64,000 bases of DNA, taken from assembly GCA_000004985.1 (NCBI GenBank), contig GG738886.1; one strand, given 5' to 3'. Positions 1 to 11,362 of this stretch are shown piece by piece. The translations under genes were made by a program, and so were the position numbers. The first letter of the stretch is position 1. Every line of letters starts with the position of its first letter. The DNA comes from Naegleria gruberi. Lineage: Eukaryota. A model generated the notes under the pieces. It made no database searches, was not told the origin of the DNA, and was given only the letters and a program-made list of their open reading frames with translations.

Positions 1-1401
1 AGTACCAAAAGGTTGAGAATTGATTGAGTGGACAAGTGCCACTACATTTCCATCAGAATCAGCGACTGTCAAGGAATCAGAATGTCCCTTAATAATTGAT
101 TCGGATGGAGTCTTGTACATACACGGATTGTTGGGCATTGTTTCACATTTCTTGTAAAATTTGAGCCATCTGTTCAATAAATCCTCCTTATTGGAATTGA
201 AAATCAAATCATAAGCTTGACGAGCAGTTGTCTTGGAAAGTCGTCCTTGGAAAGATAGGTCAATATTTGGGAACATTGAAGCAAGTAATTGTGGCTTGAA
301 GTAATCAACTACCTGCACTAATCTTCCCCATCTAGCTATTTGAACCAATTGGTAAAGAGAGTTAGCGGATTCGTTGTATGGTTGAGTGTTGTTCAATAGT
401 TCAATTAAATTCATAGCCTCAATAATTGACATTCCACCAATGCTTGGATAATCAAGTCCATGAATTGTTAACTCTTCCAATTTGAATGTTCCATTCAATG
501 CCTCTCCCCAAATTGGCTGATACTGGATCATGTCTTGCATTGTAATTATTCCACCATATTGATTGACCTTAGTGACAAAATCTTTAGCCCACTCTCCTGT
601 GTACATGTAATCAGATCCAAATTGAGAAACATTTTTAAGAGTATCTGCCAATTCCAATTGTCTAAACAATTCTCCTTTCTTGTATGGTTGATTCGTATTT
701 GGATTTATGAATATTCTCTTTCCTTCCTCAAATTTAAAAATCTTGTAACCATCATATTTCAGTAAATATTCTATTTGTGAATCAGCAATGAATCCCTTCT
801 CTGAAAAATAAATTGCAGGTTCCAAAACAGTTTCCCATTTCAATTTTCCAAATTTCTTATGAGCAGATTCCATAGCTCTGAAAAATCCAGGAACCAAAAC
901 TCTATATCCCAAACAATTATCCAATTTTGAATTTACACACCTATTATCCGAATCATACTTGAGTGGTTTGTTAAAAACTCCATTCAATGAGTGAATTTTC
1001 CCACTCTTTGCATCATAGTACACCATCGCAGCCAACCCACCAAATGAAACATAACTCCCACCAGCAATAACAATCTGTGCCATTACTGCTCCTACAGTTG
1101 CATCCATGGCATTTCCTCCATTTTCCAATATAACAGTTGCCACATGAACAGCAAGTGCAGAAGAGGTTCCACTCACCAAACCCTTTCCATTCATTGAAAC
1201 TCCCTGTGGTTTATCATATCGATATCCAACCATGTTCAATAGCGAAGTGTAATGTTTAATGGTCTCCTCGGACCATGTAGATGGAGAAATATCTCCACAT
1301 ACCTGATGAACACAACAACAACAGCAAAATAAGATGATCATCAGATACACAAAGCATCTCACGGATGGGATAATAACTCGCCCAGGTTTGAGTTTGAACA
1401 T
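1..1401 (-). CDS. gamma-glutamyltranspeptidase (GGT family), partial; the C-terminal portion runs off the window start
   Basis: Continuous minus-strand frame from ATG (complement of 1399..1401) to position 1. It has no stop in the window, so it is absent from the ORF track. Translation starts MFKLKPGRVIIPSVRCFVYLMIILF (signal-peptide-like) and contains GGT hallmarks (GGNAMDATVGAVMAQIVIAGG; GHSDSLTVADSDGNVVALVHSINSQPFGT, the Thr-nucleophile region). Confidence 0.75.
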   Translation of the reverse strand, partial: MFKLKPGRVIIPSVRCFVYLMIILFCCCCCVHQVCGDISPSTWSEETIKHYTSLLNMVGYRYDKPQGVSMNGKGLVSGTSSALAVHVATVILENGGNAMDATVGAVMAQIVIAGGSYVSFGGLAAMVYYDAKSGKIHSLNGVFNKPLKYDSDNRCVNSKLDNCLGYRVLVPGFFRAMESAHKKFGKLKWETVLEPAIYFSEKGFIADSQIEYLLKYDGYKIFKFEEGKRIFINPNTNQPYKKGELFRQLELADTLKNVSQFGSDYMYTGEWAKDFVTKVNQYGGIITMQDMIQYQPIWGEALNGTFKLEELTIHGLDYPSIGGMSIIEAMNLIELLNNTQPYNESANSLYQLVQIARWGRLVQVVDYFKPQLLASMFPNIDLSFQGRLSKTTARQAYDLIFNSNKEDLLNRWLKFYKKCETMPNNPCMYKTPSESIIKGHSDSLTVADSDGNVVALVHSINSQPFGT

Positions 1402-1525
1402 TTTTTTGTAATGTATTTTGTTACAAGCTTCGAAATAATTGTTAACTCCTCATAACTATTATTTTCTAATTGAGGAATTGGGTGTTACATTTTAATTAAC
1501 CATCATTGATCGTAAAATGTAAAGA

Positions 1526-2095
1526 TTATTGTTGAAATTCATTTTCTAAAAAGTTTGAAAATTCTTGTTCCATTTTGAATTGTTTAAAAACAGTTCCCAA
1601 TCTAATAATTTCCTTTCGAATATCTTTTCTTGTTTCTGGATGAATATTATTCTTATTCTTTCTAAGAAATTCCATTTGTCTCTCTTGATTCAATAATTCT
1701 TGTGAGGAATTGTAGGCTCTATTTGCAGCAATCCAATCAACAACCATTTCAGTAACATAACATATTGGCATTCTCAGTGATTTGATGGCACCATTCGATC
1801 GATCACATGTAATCCAATATTCAAAGTGGTGAGGATTTCTATTTTGATGATGCAGAAAGCAATACTCCTTCAAATCTTCATTATTGCTTGTCGCCAAATT
1901 ATTAAATTGTAAATAGCCAAACCATTCGGAAGGTGAAAACTTGGACCAATCATGAATAATCAATTGGATAATACCCAATCCCATCATGTATCCATAGTAA
2001 AAAACAATTAATTTGTGATAAAGAATGGTACGAAGGAGTGAGAGATGTGTTTTCATTCGTTGTAATAACTTAAAGGGAGAAGAACAACAAGACAT
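1526..2095 (-). CDS. hypothetical small membrane protein (189 aa)
   Basis: ORF-track ORF with ATG start and a hydrophobic segment (LIVFYYGYMMGLGIIQLII). No recognisable family. It begins only 23 nt downstream of the stop of the PLD-like gene on the same strand. Confidence 0.45.
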   Translation of the reverse strand: MSCCSSPFKLLQRMKTHLSLLRTILYHKLIVFYYGYMMGLGIIQLIIHDWSKFSPSEWFGYLQFNNLATSNNEDLKEYCFLHHQNRNPHHFEYWITCDRSNGAIKSLRMPICYVTEMVVDWIAANRAYNSSQELLNQERQMEFLRKNKNNIHPETRKDIRKEIIRLGTVFKQFKMEQEFSNFLENEFQQ

Positions 2096-2118
2096 TTTTT
2101 CGAAATAATTTAAATAAT

Positions 2119-3498
2119 TTAATAGTTTCTAATGTTGATTGATTGTTTGATTGGGGAAGTTGAGGTGGATGGAGAATATGGATAACCTTGTTGATAATCA
2201 TTGTCCAAAACAGCAAGGAATTTCTTAAGGATGGCAGTTTGACCATCAATTCTCAAAGTGAAATCACGGTTGACATTTCTCCATGTGGAGCTATTACCCT
2301 TCTTTGGTGGGAAGACATAAGGTGGATTTGGATAATCAGAACCTCTCCAGTTACCAGTACTCATCATTAAAATGTTATCATCAATAACCCAATACTTTTC
2401 ATGTGAAAATTCCAAACATTGCTTGGCAGACAAGACAACATTAATATTGTTATCAACAAGCTTTCTATAACATTGATAAGCTTCAAGAGCTTCGGATTTA
2501 GCAAAGACATAGTGAGAAGCGAAAATCTTCAAATTGATACCCTTATTACCCAATTGGATAACATAATCACAGAGGTCAGGATGAGAAATTTCATAAATAC
2601 TAATCTTCAATGATTTTTTAACTTGATTCAAAGCAGACATCAAGAATCCATAAGCATAATCAGGACTAGCACTGATAGAAATATTGTAATTATCATTGAA
2701 TTCTTGAATATCACCAGAGGAAGCATCACAGTTTGCAAAGTGCATATTTTCTGGAATGGTGACAGTAGCAGTTGAGGTTTGAATCATATGAATATCACTT
2801 TTAGAATATTGACTATAATCAACATCCAATGGAACACCATGGAAGAAATCATATTCGAAAACTCCTTGAGAGAATTTAACAACACCAGCAGCATTATTGC
2901 ATTCATTAACCAAAATACCAGCTTCTCTGTTTCTTCTGAAACTAGTTTGAGAAAAGTTAATACTAGAAATGGCAGATTTACAACCATCAATAGTGATATA
3001 TTTGGCGTGTAAGAAAGTAGTGGTTGTGTAATATCTGACATCAGCACCTGCAATCTTTAAATATGTCAACAAGTCCATCTTTCCAGAACACATCTTGTCA
3101 TCATACTTGTTAGTTAAGAGACGAACTTTAACACCATGTTGAACAATTTGATTAATTAAAACTTGGAAAATTGGGAATTTTTCATTATTCAACAAGTCAG
3201 TAGCAGAACAACCCATACATCCATCTTTTGGATAGGTACATCCACTCCAACTGTCAAATCCTGGAATTGCAATATCAATAGTCTTCTTGGCACTCATCAC
3301 AAGTTCAGTCTCTTCCTTTGTAGAGTGATCCGGAGAGAAAAGAGGAGTTAAACCAATATTAGCACGAGGGATATTGAGAGGAAGGAAAGGACTATTGTAG
3401 GTGGTATTTTGTAAATCTGCCAACACGAGTTGTGTTGTTGTGAACAAAATTATTGCACACAACAAGGTGGCAAGAGAAATTTTGCTGATGGCTTTCAT
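2119..3498 (-). CDS. secreted phospholipase D-family protein with two HKD motifs
   Basis: 459-aa ORF with N-terminal signal peptide (MKAISKISLATLLCAIILFTTTQLVLA). Two HxKxxxxD motifs (HAKYITIDG and HEKYWVIDD), which define the PLD superfamily. Confidence 0.85.
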   Translation of the reverse strand: MKAISKISLATLLCAIILFTTTQLVLADLQNTTYNSPFLPLNIPRANIGLTPLFSPDHSTKEETELVMSAKKTIDIAIPGFDSWSGCTYPKDGCMGCSATDLLNNEKFPIFQVLINQIVQHGVKVRLLTNKYDDKMCSGKMDLLTYLKIAGADVRYYTTTTFLHAKYITIDGCKSAISSINFSQTSFRRNREAGILVNECNNAAGVVKFSQGVFEYDFFHGVPLDVDYSQYSKSDIHMIQTSTATVTIPENMHFANCDASSGDIQEFNDNYNISISASPDYAYGFLMSALNQVKKSLKISIYEISHPDLCDYVIQLGNKGINLKIFASHYVFAKSEALEAYQCYRKLVDNNINVVLSAKQCLEFSHEKYWVIDDNILMMSTGNWRGSDYPNPPYVFPPKKGNSSTWRNVNRDFTLRIDGQTAILKKFLAVLDNDYQQGYPYSPSTSTSPIKQSINIRNY

Positions 3499-3754
3499 CT
3501 TGTTTGCAATTTTATATTTTTTTAAAATGATGTGATTTAACGTTTAATTGTGTGTTAGATTCTTGTGGTCTTTTTGGTTGACGGAGCTTGAGAACGGATG
3601 TGGGGACTTTGTATCTTGACAGGAAAATATTGTAATGGGTAGGTCCTTCTTGAATATTATGGTTGGAGTTCATGAATAACGAAACAATAGTAGTATTAGA
3701 CGAACTCATCGTCTATTTCTTCCTCCCAAGCAAACTGTTCATCATATTCATCGA

Positions 3755-4288
3755 CTAGATAAATATTATCGTAGGTGAGATGAGATAATTGACTTGAAGA
3801 GGTGTTATGTTTAGCAGTCGAGAAGGAATTGAGCAATTAGGAAGCGTGAGCTTTCTTAACCTTTTCAGTTTTGTTGGATTTGAGAGACAGAATTGGATGT
3901 TATCTTTGGTAATTTGGTTATTATCTGCAATACTTAATTCAATCAAGTTTTGAAGAGAGTTTGATTCATGCAAGGAAATAATACTTTTCCCAGTCAATCC
4001 AGTGTCGTCCAAGAGTAAAATTTCCAGATTTTTCATATTTTCTCCTGAAACAATACAATCAACACCTTTGTCTCCTTATAATTCAATCTCAAATATTTTA
4101 ACTTTGTAAGGTAGGTGCTTTGAGTTTGTACAGATATATCCTGGCATGGATTTAAGGGAGAGATCGGTAAGGTGTGTAATGCACTTCCCACTAACTAGTG
4201 GCATGATGTGTCTTTCTTCAATAGTTGTACAATCAGAGATGTGCAATTGGGTTAGATTTGAGAAAGTTGGATTATTTGCAAATGTCAC
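3755..4288 (-). pseudogene. fragmented leucine-rich-repeat ORF pair (possible LRR pseudogene or mis-assembled gene)
   Basis: Two adjacent minus-strand ORFs (4076..4288 and 3755..4036) with LRR-like periodicity (LTQLHISDC.., LTDLSLKS.., LQNLIELSIADNNQIT, LRKLTLPNC). They are separated by a stop and a frame change. No clean GT..AG intron joins them. Confidence 0.3.
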
Positions 4289-4637
4289 TCTGCTAAACTA
4301 TCAAGGTCTTCCAAGTTTCTAATCACTTTGCTAGGGACAAGAGCACTTGCACGAAACCACACGGAACAAACTGCATGCACCCAATGCTAGGTACTCTATC
4401 ATCACAGCCAAGACATCCTCATTCAAATGCTGTATGTTGGTCATTTATTTTACTATAATTATTGGAAATGGTAATGTTTACAATAAATCAAAAGAGATTC
4501 AAACTGATTCTGAATCAAACAGCCGTGGATGCAGTGGAGGAGATACAATTTAGTATCTTACCCACAACGATCAAAAGACAGCAGAAATGGAGGTGGTTAA
4601 AATTCGCCAGAACTGAGAGCCAAGCCTTTTTAAAAAA

Positions 4638-7600
4638 ATGCCACAAGATAAAAGTGAACTTGACTGTGGTAAAGTACTTACTAATCAGGATAGTGGTGTT
4701 GGGTTTAGCACTATCAATACTAGTCCCCCGCATCAACAGTCGAGCGATTGTATTTCTAACATGAAGGAAAACCTAATTCCGGAGGTGAAGAATAATGATG
4801 AATTATCTGCATCATCTATTACTCTTGCTGTTCCGAACATTGATTGTGGAAGTAATACGACAAAGATGCCAACAACAAGTACTCTCGTTGTGGATGATAT
4901 CATTAAAAATAGGAGGAATATTGATGATAAAAGGTCTCTTGAAAATCGAGGAACGAGAACAGCCAGCCTGTCAATGCCAACAACTAATTATTTATTTCCA
5001 TCATCAAAAAGTAACTTAATTCCAATATTACCAAAAACTAAGGATCAGGAAAAGGAGAAAATGCAGAAAAACAAACTAACTTTTCAAAATTCGAGAAATT
5101 CTCTTTTTCAAAACTCTAACAAAACAACTTACACAAAAGTTGAAATGAACAAACAATCTAACGATAAGAGAGGACAAACGAAAATAGATCACCAACCCAA
5201 AAATCTAGAATTGCCCTCATTAGCATCAATTGTTTTAACACCAAATACTCCTAACTCGGTATCTAATGTCAATATTGAAACAGACGAATCAGAAATTAAC
5301 CCAATACTGGAATCAGTACCATTCTTTATATTTTTAAAAATTGGAATACTCAAGGAAAACTCAGAACCTAAATATTTAGAGGCTTATAGGGCTCTTTCTC
5401 AACAAAATCTATTCTTTATGACCTCTTGGTTTAGGTATTTTGGGATATATTTTGTTTTAGTATTTTTAACAATGTACAAGCTTGTCGGGATGCGAACAAT
5501 CTCTAGCTCTGTACTTTGCAACTTTTGCAGTGGAGGTTTTTAGTAATCTTTATCTGAATTATTTAACATGCTGTAAATCTCCAACTAGGGCAAGGAAGAA
5601 TGTAATTCATTTATGCAGAACAGTTCTGTCAACCTCTTATGGATTCATAATGCAAATGTATTACACTAAGCTATCCATATATATATTGACAATACTCAAA
5701 TTAATAATTTCTTGTCATATTTTTGGAGACCATCTTATCACCTCCTTAATATCTACAGTAATTTTCGTATCTGGTTCGCTTATTCCAATGATGATTTTGG
5801 GGTATCCAATAGAATCTATAGTAAGCAACGGGATAGTAATGACTTCCATAGCCATTATGTGCTTGTTCTTTTCAAAAATATATGCAGAAGAAAAAAGATA
5901 TCATTATAAACAAAGGTTTGCTTACATGCAGGAAAAGTATTTGAGCAATGAGAAAACTCACATGATTGCAAATATTTCACATGAAGCAAGGTATGTATTA
6001 CCAGTATCAGTTCGAATTAATTCAAATTCACATTTTGGAATTGTTTTAATTATTCCTATGTAGAAATCCATTGCATGGTATTATTGGAGCTTCAACAATT
6101 TTGAGACATGATATGGAAAAGAACAGTCATTCAGATAAAAGAAAAAAAAGAGGAAGAAAGAACAGCATTTTACAATCACCTTCTCATTCACCAATGAATG
6201 CAAAGAAAGGATTCTTACATGTTTCAAATGATGATGGACACTATTCGAGTGATTGTGAATCTTCATGTGGAGATTCAACAGCTGAACAACCGTATCTTGA
6301 ATTGGTGAATGATATTTATAATAATGCCAATTTGTTACTTCACATTTTCAGTACTTCACTTCAAATGACAAGTCTCGAAATGGGAAATATCAAATTGAAG
6401 AATGAACCATTCAATTTATTGGACACAATTGAATCAGTAATTTCAGTATTTTATAATATTGCAGCAGACAAGAATGTTTCACTTCACAGTTTTATTAATT
6501 TAAATTCTCTTCCAAACCAAGTGATAGGTGACCACGTTAGAGTTTCTCAAATATTAATGAACTTTGTGTCAAACTCTATCAAATATTCATCTAATGAGCA
6601 AGGAGAGAGTTCAGTAATTCTCAAGTGTGATATTTGTTCAGATGAAGAGCTCAAAAAGTTGAATGTTGAAAAAGAAAAAATAATTGAAATGTTAGACGAT
6701 AAGGAGGACATTGTTTTCGTTAAAATTGATTGTATTGATAATGGAAAAGGAATTGAAAAGGATAATATCAACAAGTTATTTAAAGCATTCCAAACTTTTG
6801 ATTTGAAATCAGCAAGTAACATGGACACAGGTGGAACAGTATTTGATCAATACTATTTGAAATCAATTTCAGGTAATACAAAAGGATCGAATGGAACGAG
6901 TTTACTATTGAGTAACAGAACAGGAGTTGGATTGAATATTAGCAAGCAACTTATTGAGAAGATGAAAGGATCTATTATAGTTAGCAGCGAAATAGGTAAA
7001 GGCACGACAATGTCTGTAATATTTCCTTTAAAGATAGCACCAACTCAATCTGCACAAAATCAAAGACTTGAAGAACTTAGTATAGATTTAGAAGATTTCA
7101 ACGTATTAATTATTGACAATGATGCACTCTTTTTGGATATAATGAAGGACTATGTTGCTCATATTTGTGCTAAAACTACGGTTACCACTGTTATAGACCC
7201 GAAAAGTATTACGGATATTGATGAGTCAAAACCATTGGTAGTAATTTATTCTGAACATCTCCATGCAGAAGTGAAACAAATCCTAAAATTGGTTTCTGTA
7301 GAAAAGATATTGATACCCATTGGATTGAGAGGAAGGACTAGAAAATATGCAACTATGAAGTATATTATCAAACCTGTAAAGGTTGACGATATGATAAGCG
7401 TATTGAACGAAAAACTCGACAAGCAAAAGAAGAAGATTAATTGTCAAAATATTATTACTCCACCTCCAGAGATAAATATCACAACTGATAATGTTCCAAC
7501 TATAGAGGTAGTAATACCAGAACCTGTACCTTCTAAACGAATACTGATAACAGATGATAATTTAATTAACAGAAAAGTGATGGAAAAGATGGTTCGATTG

Positions 7601-7915
7601 TTGGGATTTACTGAAGTTGATTGTGCATCGAATGGATTGGAATGTTTTGAAATGTACAAACAAAAACAATATTCAATCATTTTATTGGACTTGTTGATGC
7701 CAGTCATGTGTGGCAAGCAGAGTGTGAAACATATTCGAGAATTTGAAGAGAGTGAAGGAAGAAAACGAACACCAGTAATTGCCATCACTGCCAACATTTG
7801 GGAATCAGTTGATACTCTCTCACAACTTGGATTTGACTCTGTCATTTACAAACCAATCCTTATTGAAAAATTGAGGGAGGAAGTTGAACGGTTAACGCAA
7901 GAAAGCAACTCATAG
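4638..7915 (+). CDS. hybrid histidine kinase, copy 1 (HisKA H-box + HATPase_c + pseudo-receiver + C-terminal receiver domain)
   Basis: Low-complexity N-terminus, then TM segments. H-box ISHEA-R/NPLHGIIGAS is split by a 73-nt GTATGT..TAG intron (5991..6063), with the Arg codon split ag|a. N-box LMNFVSNSIKYS, G1 IDNGKGI, F FKAFQ, G2 GVGLNISKQLIEKMKGSIIVSSEIGKGTT. Receiver has ITDDN..., LLDLLMPVMCG (phospho-Asp) and YKP. Reading frame changes by +1 near 5470..5490 relative to copy 2 (ORFs 4638..5543 and 5482..6063 overlap). Confidence 0.85.
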
Positions 7916-8026
7916 CCCAAATATCAACAACCTACATAACAGTACCACATTTTTGGATGGTTTTTTTGGTGGATATAATTGTTTTTATTAAGGCCAAATA
8001 ATTCGCAAAATTAATATTTAAAAAAA

Positions 8027-11000
8027 ATGAATACATTGAAACCCCACAACGTGACTGGAACGAATTGTACCACGAGTTCTATCGGATCTTCATCCACAGT
8101 TGGAGACTTGGGAAATAGCAGTCTACAACAAATAAATCAAAAGTTTATTAGGGAAGATACAAAACCTACTCCTTCATTATCGGAAATCACTAATAATAAC
8201 AGAAACACAAATAATTTATTATCACCTTCTTCAACAACAAGTCCAACAAGTAGCAGAAGCATTCCAAAAACTAAATCTCCAATATCAAGATGGGATTCAG
8301 TACCTATTATCTCTTCGACAACTAACGTTTCAATAACAAATACTGAAGATATCTCTCCAAAGAGAAGTGAAAAACTCTCCCCAATAATTGTCCCAGAAAC
8401 AGCTGGTGTGTTTGAGGTGAGTTCAACACCCAGAAAGTCGTCCAGAATTAATGAACCACCACCCTCAACAAGAAACTCAATCATCCTCACACCAACAAAC
8501 TCCAAATTCATTTCTCAAACAAGCATACCTTTGGATGTGGACGATTCGAATGATAATAGTAATGAACAGATTCTTTCCTCAATTTCACTTTTTCAATTTA
8601 TCCAACTAATCATGCAAAAAAATCCTAACCCTAAATTTAGAGAAGCCCATCGACAAATTTCACAGCAAAATATTTATTCAATTACCAAATGGTTTAGCGT
8701 TTTGACTTTATATTTTTGTTTACTATTTATTGGAATGTACATAACATCAGAAAGTTCAGCATCTCCTATTGTATTTTTTGGCCTTTTTCCATTTGAAGTA
8801 GCCAACAATATGATATGCAATTATATAACTTGCTGTAAAGCTAGATCGGTTTATGCGAAAGCATCCATTCATATCTATAGAGCTGTTATCATTGCAACAC
8901 TTGCATTTATTTGGCAATATTTTTACCACGATATGCCTTTCTACCTGCTTACAATGATAAAACAAATCATTGCTTGTCACGTTTATGGAGAGGAAATTCT
9001 AATATCTTCAACTGCGTCTATAATCATTAGTACAGGAGCAATCTATCCACTCTATGTTCTGAATCAAGGAACAAAGAAGGTTATTGAGGTTTTCTTTTTA
9101 ATGGTGTCTGCTTCTGTGATAAGTTTGTTCTTTGCCTATGTTTATGCAGAAGAGAAGAGAAATCATTACAAACAAAGGTTTGCTTACATGCAGGAAAAGT
9201 ATTTGAGTAATGAGAAAACTCACATGATTGCAAATATTTCACACGAAGCAAGGTATGTAGTACAAGCATCATTTTCAATTAACTCCCATTTTTATCATTC
9301 CTATGTAGAAATCCACTGCATGGTATTATTGGAGCTTCAACAATTTTGAGACATGATATGGAAAAAAACAGTCATCCAGATAAAAGAAAAAAAAGAGGAA
9401 GAAAGAACAGCATTTTACAATCACCTTCTCATTCACCAATGAATGCAAAGAATGGATTCTTACATGTTTCAAATGATGATGGACATTATTCGAGTGATTG
9501 TGAATCTTCATGTGGAGATTCAACAGCTGAACAACCATATCTTGAATTGGTGAATGATATTTATAACAATGCCAATTTGTTACTTCACATTTTCAGTACT
9601 TCACTTCAAATGACAAGTCTTGAAATGGGAAATATCAAATTGAAGAATGAACCATTCAATTTATTGGACACAATTGAATCAGTAATTTCAGTATTTTATA
9701 ATATTGCAGCAGACAAGAATGTTTCACTTCACAGTTTTATTAATTTAAATTCTCTTCCAAACCTAGTATTAGGTGATCATGTAAGGTAAGTGAAATATCA
9801 ATGAGCTTCTAATCACGTCAGTAGAGTTTCTCAAATACTTATGAACTTCATATCCAATTCTATCAAATATTCATCTTCTGAATCTGGAGAGAGCTCAGTA
9901 ATTCTCAAGTGTGATATTTGTTCAGATGAAGAGCTCACATCACTGAACGTAGAGAAGGATAAAATAATAGAAATGCTTGATGATAAGGAGGACATTGTTT
10001 TCGTTAAAATTGATTGTATTGATAATGGAAAAGGAATTGAAAAGGATAATATCGGTAGCTTATTCAAAGCATTCCAAATTTTTGATCTCAAGAATAGTGA
10101 AAATATAACGGATACAAGTGGAACTGTATTTGACCAATACTATTTGAAATCAATTTCAGGTAATACAAAAGGATCGAATGGAACAAGTTACCTATTGAGT
10201 AACAGAACAGGAGTTGGATTGAATATTAGCAAGCAACTTATTGAGAAGATGAAAGGGTGCATTATAGTTAGCAGTGAGGTCGGAAAAGGAACAACCATGT
10301 CAGTGATATTCCCATTCAAAAAGAAAATTGACAATCCAAGTGTTGAACTTGTTATGCAATGTAAAGCATCGCTCAACACTTTCAAAGAGTTTGGAATCTT
10401 TTCATGTCATTATTATTGATAGTGAGACCCACTTTTTGAATCTTTTGGAGGATTATTTACATTTATTGAATCCTAATATAACTATTTTCAAATATGTGAA
10501 CACAGCTAGTATTAAGGAAATTGATTGTTCAAAATCATTGATTGTAATTTACTCTGAAAATCTTCACTATGAAGTCAAACACTTATTCAAGCAGTCAGTG
10601 ATGGAAAAAATTCTAATTCCAATAGGACATCGAGGAAAGATGAGAAGATTCACAAACATGAAATATGTAATCAAACCTCTTAAGGTTGATGAGTTGGTAA
10701 ATGTGTTGAATGAAAAAATTGAGAAACACAAAAAGAGAGTAAGCCATCAAACTACAGATTTTCCACCAGAAATTAAGGTCACAACAGAGAATATTGATTC
10801 TGTGCAGTCTTCTTCAAATAATATGCCTCTAAATGTTGAACCTCCTAGGGTTGAACCAATCACAGATTCCAAAAGAGTTTTAATAACAGATGATAATTTA
10901 ATTAACAGAAAAGTGATGGAAAAGATGGTTCGATTGTTGGGATTTACTGAAGTTGATTGTGCATCGAATGGATTGGAATGTTTTGAAATGTACAAACAAA

Positions 11001-11248
11001 AACAATATTCAATCATTTTATTGGACTTGTTGATGCCAGTCATGTGTGGCAAACAAAGTGTGAAACATATTCGAGAATTTGAAGAGAGTGAAGGAAGAAA
11101 ACGAACACCAGTAATTGCCATCACTGCCAACATTTGGGAATCAGTTGATACTCTCTCACAACTTGGATTTGATTCGGTCATTTACAAACCCATCCTTATT
11201 GAAAAATTGAGGGAGGAAATTGACAGGCTCCCAACCAACACCTCATAG
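8027..11248 (+). CDS. hybrid histidine kinase, copy 2 (tandem paralog of 4638..7915)
   Basis: Same architecture as copy 1. Intron 1 is 9253..9308 (56 nt, same position in the H-box). A second 36-nt in-frame GTAAGT..CAG intron at 9786..9821 is absent from copy 1. A +1 frame change falls between 10320 and 10390 (ORFs 9841..10419 and 10328..11248 overlap); a cryptic 37-nt GTTATG..AAG intron at 10351..10387 is an alternative. C-terminal receiver domain is protein-identical to copy 1. Confidence 0.8.
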
Positions 11249-11362
11249 TAATAAATTATGAGAAATTCTTAACTCGCTCGCATGTACTATAAACTTTATG
11301 CGCCCTTCTCCACTTTAATAGCATTCTTCACATAACTCCACACTAAACAAATTACAAAAAAA

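Larger units (their letters stand above)
4638..11248. repeat. tandem duplication of a ~3.3-kb histidine-kinase gene unit with mosaic nucleotide identity
   Basis: Blocks ~5880..6540 vs ~9120..9790 and ~7540..7880 vs ~10860..11200 are ~98-99% identical at nucleotide level. The antisense ORFs 7444..7845 and 10747..11181 are near-identical, as are 6081..6278 and 9326..9538. The N-terminal halves and the middle of the catalytic domain are strongly diverged. Confidence 0.85.

Noticed and set aside
7444-7845. 133-aa and 144-aa minus-strand ORFs (7444..7845, 10747..11181) and 65/70-aa ORFs (6081..6278, 9326..9538) that look conserved between the two repeat units
   Set aside because: They are antisense to the nearly identical histidine-kinase receiver and H-box blocks. 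Their conservation follows from the duplicated coding sequence on the other strand, and their composition is nonsense.
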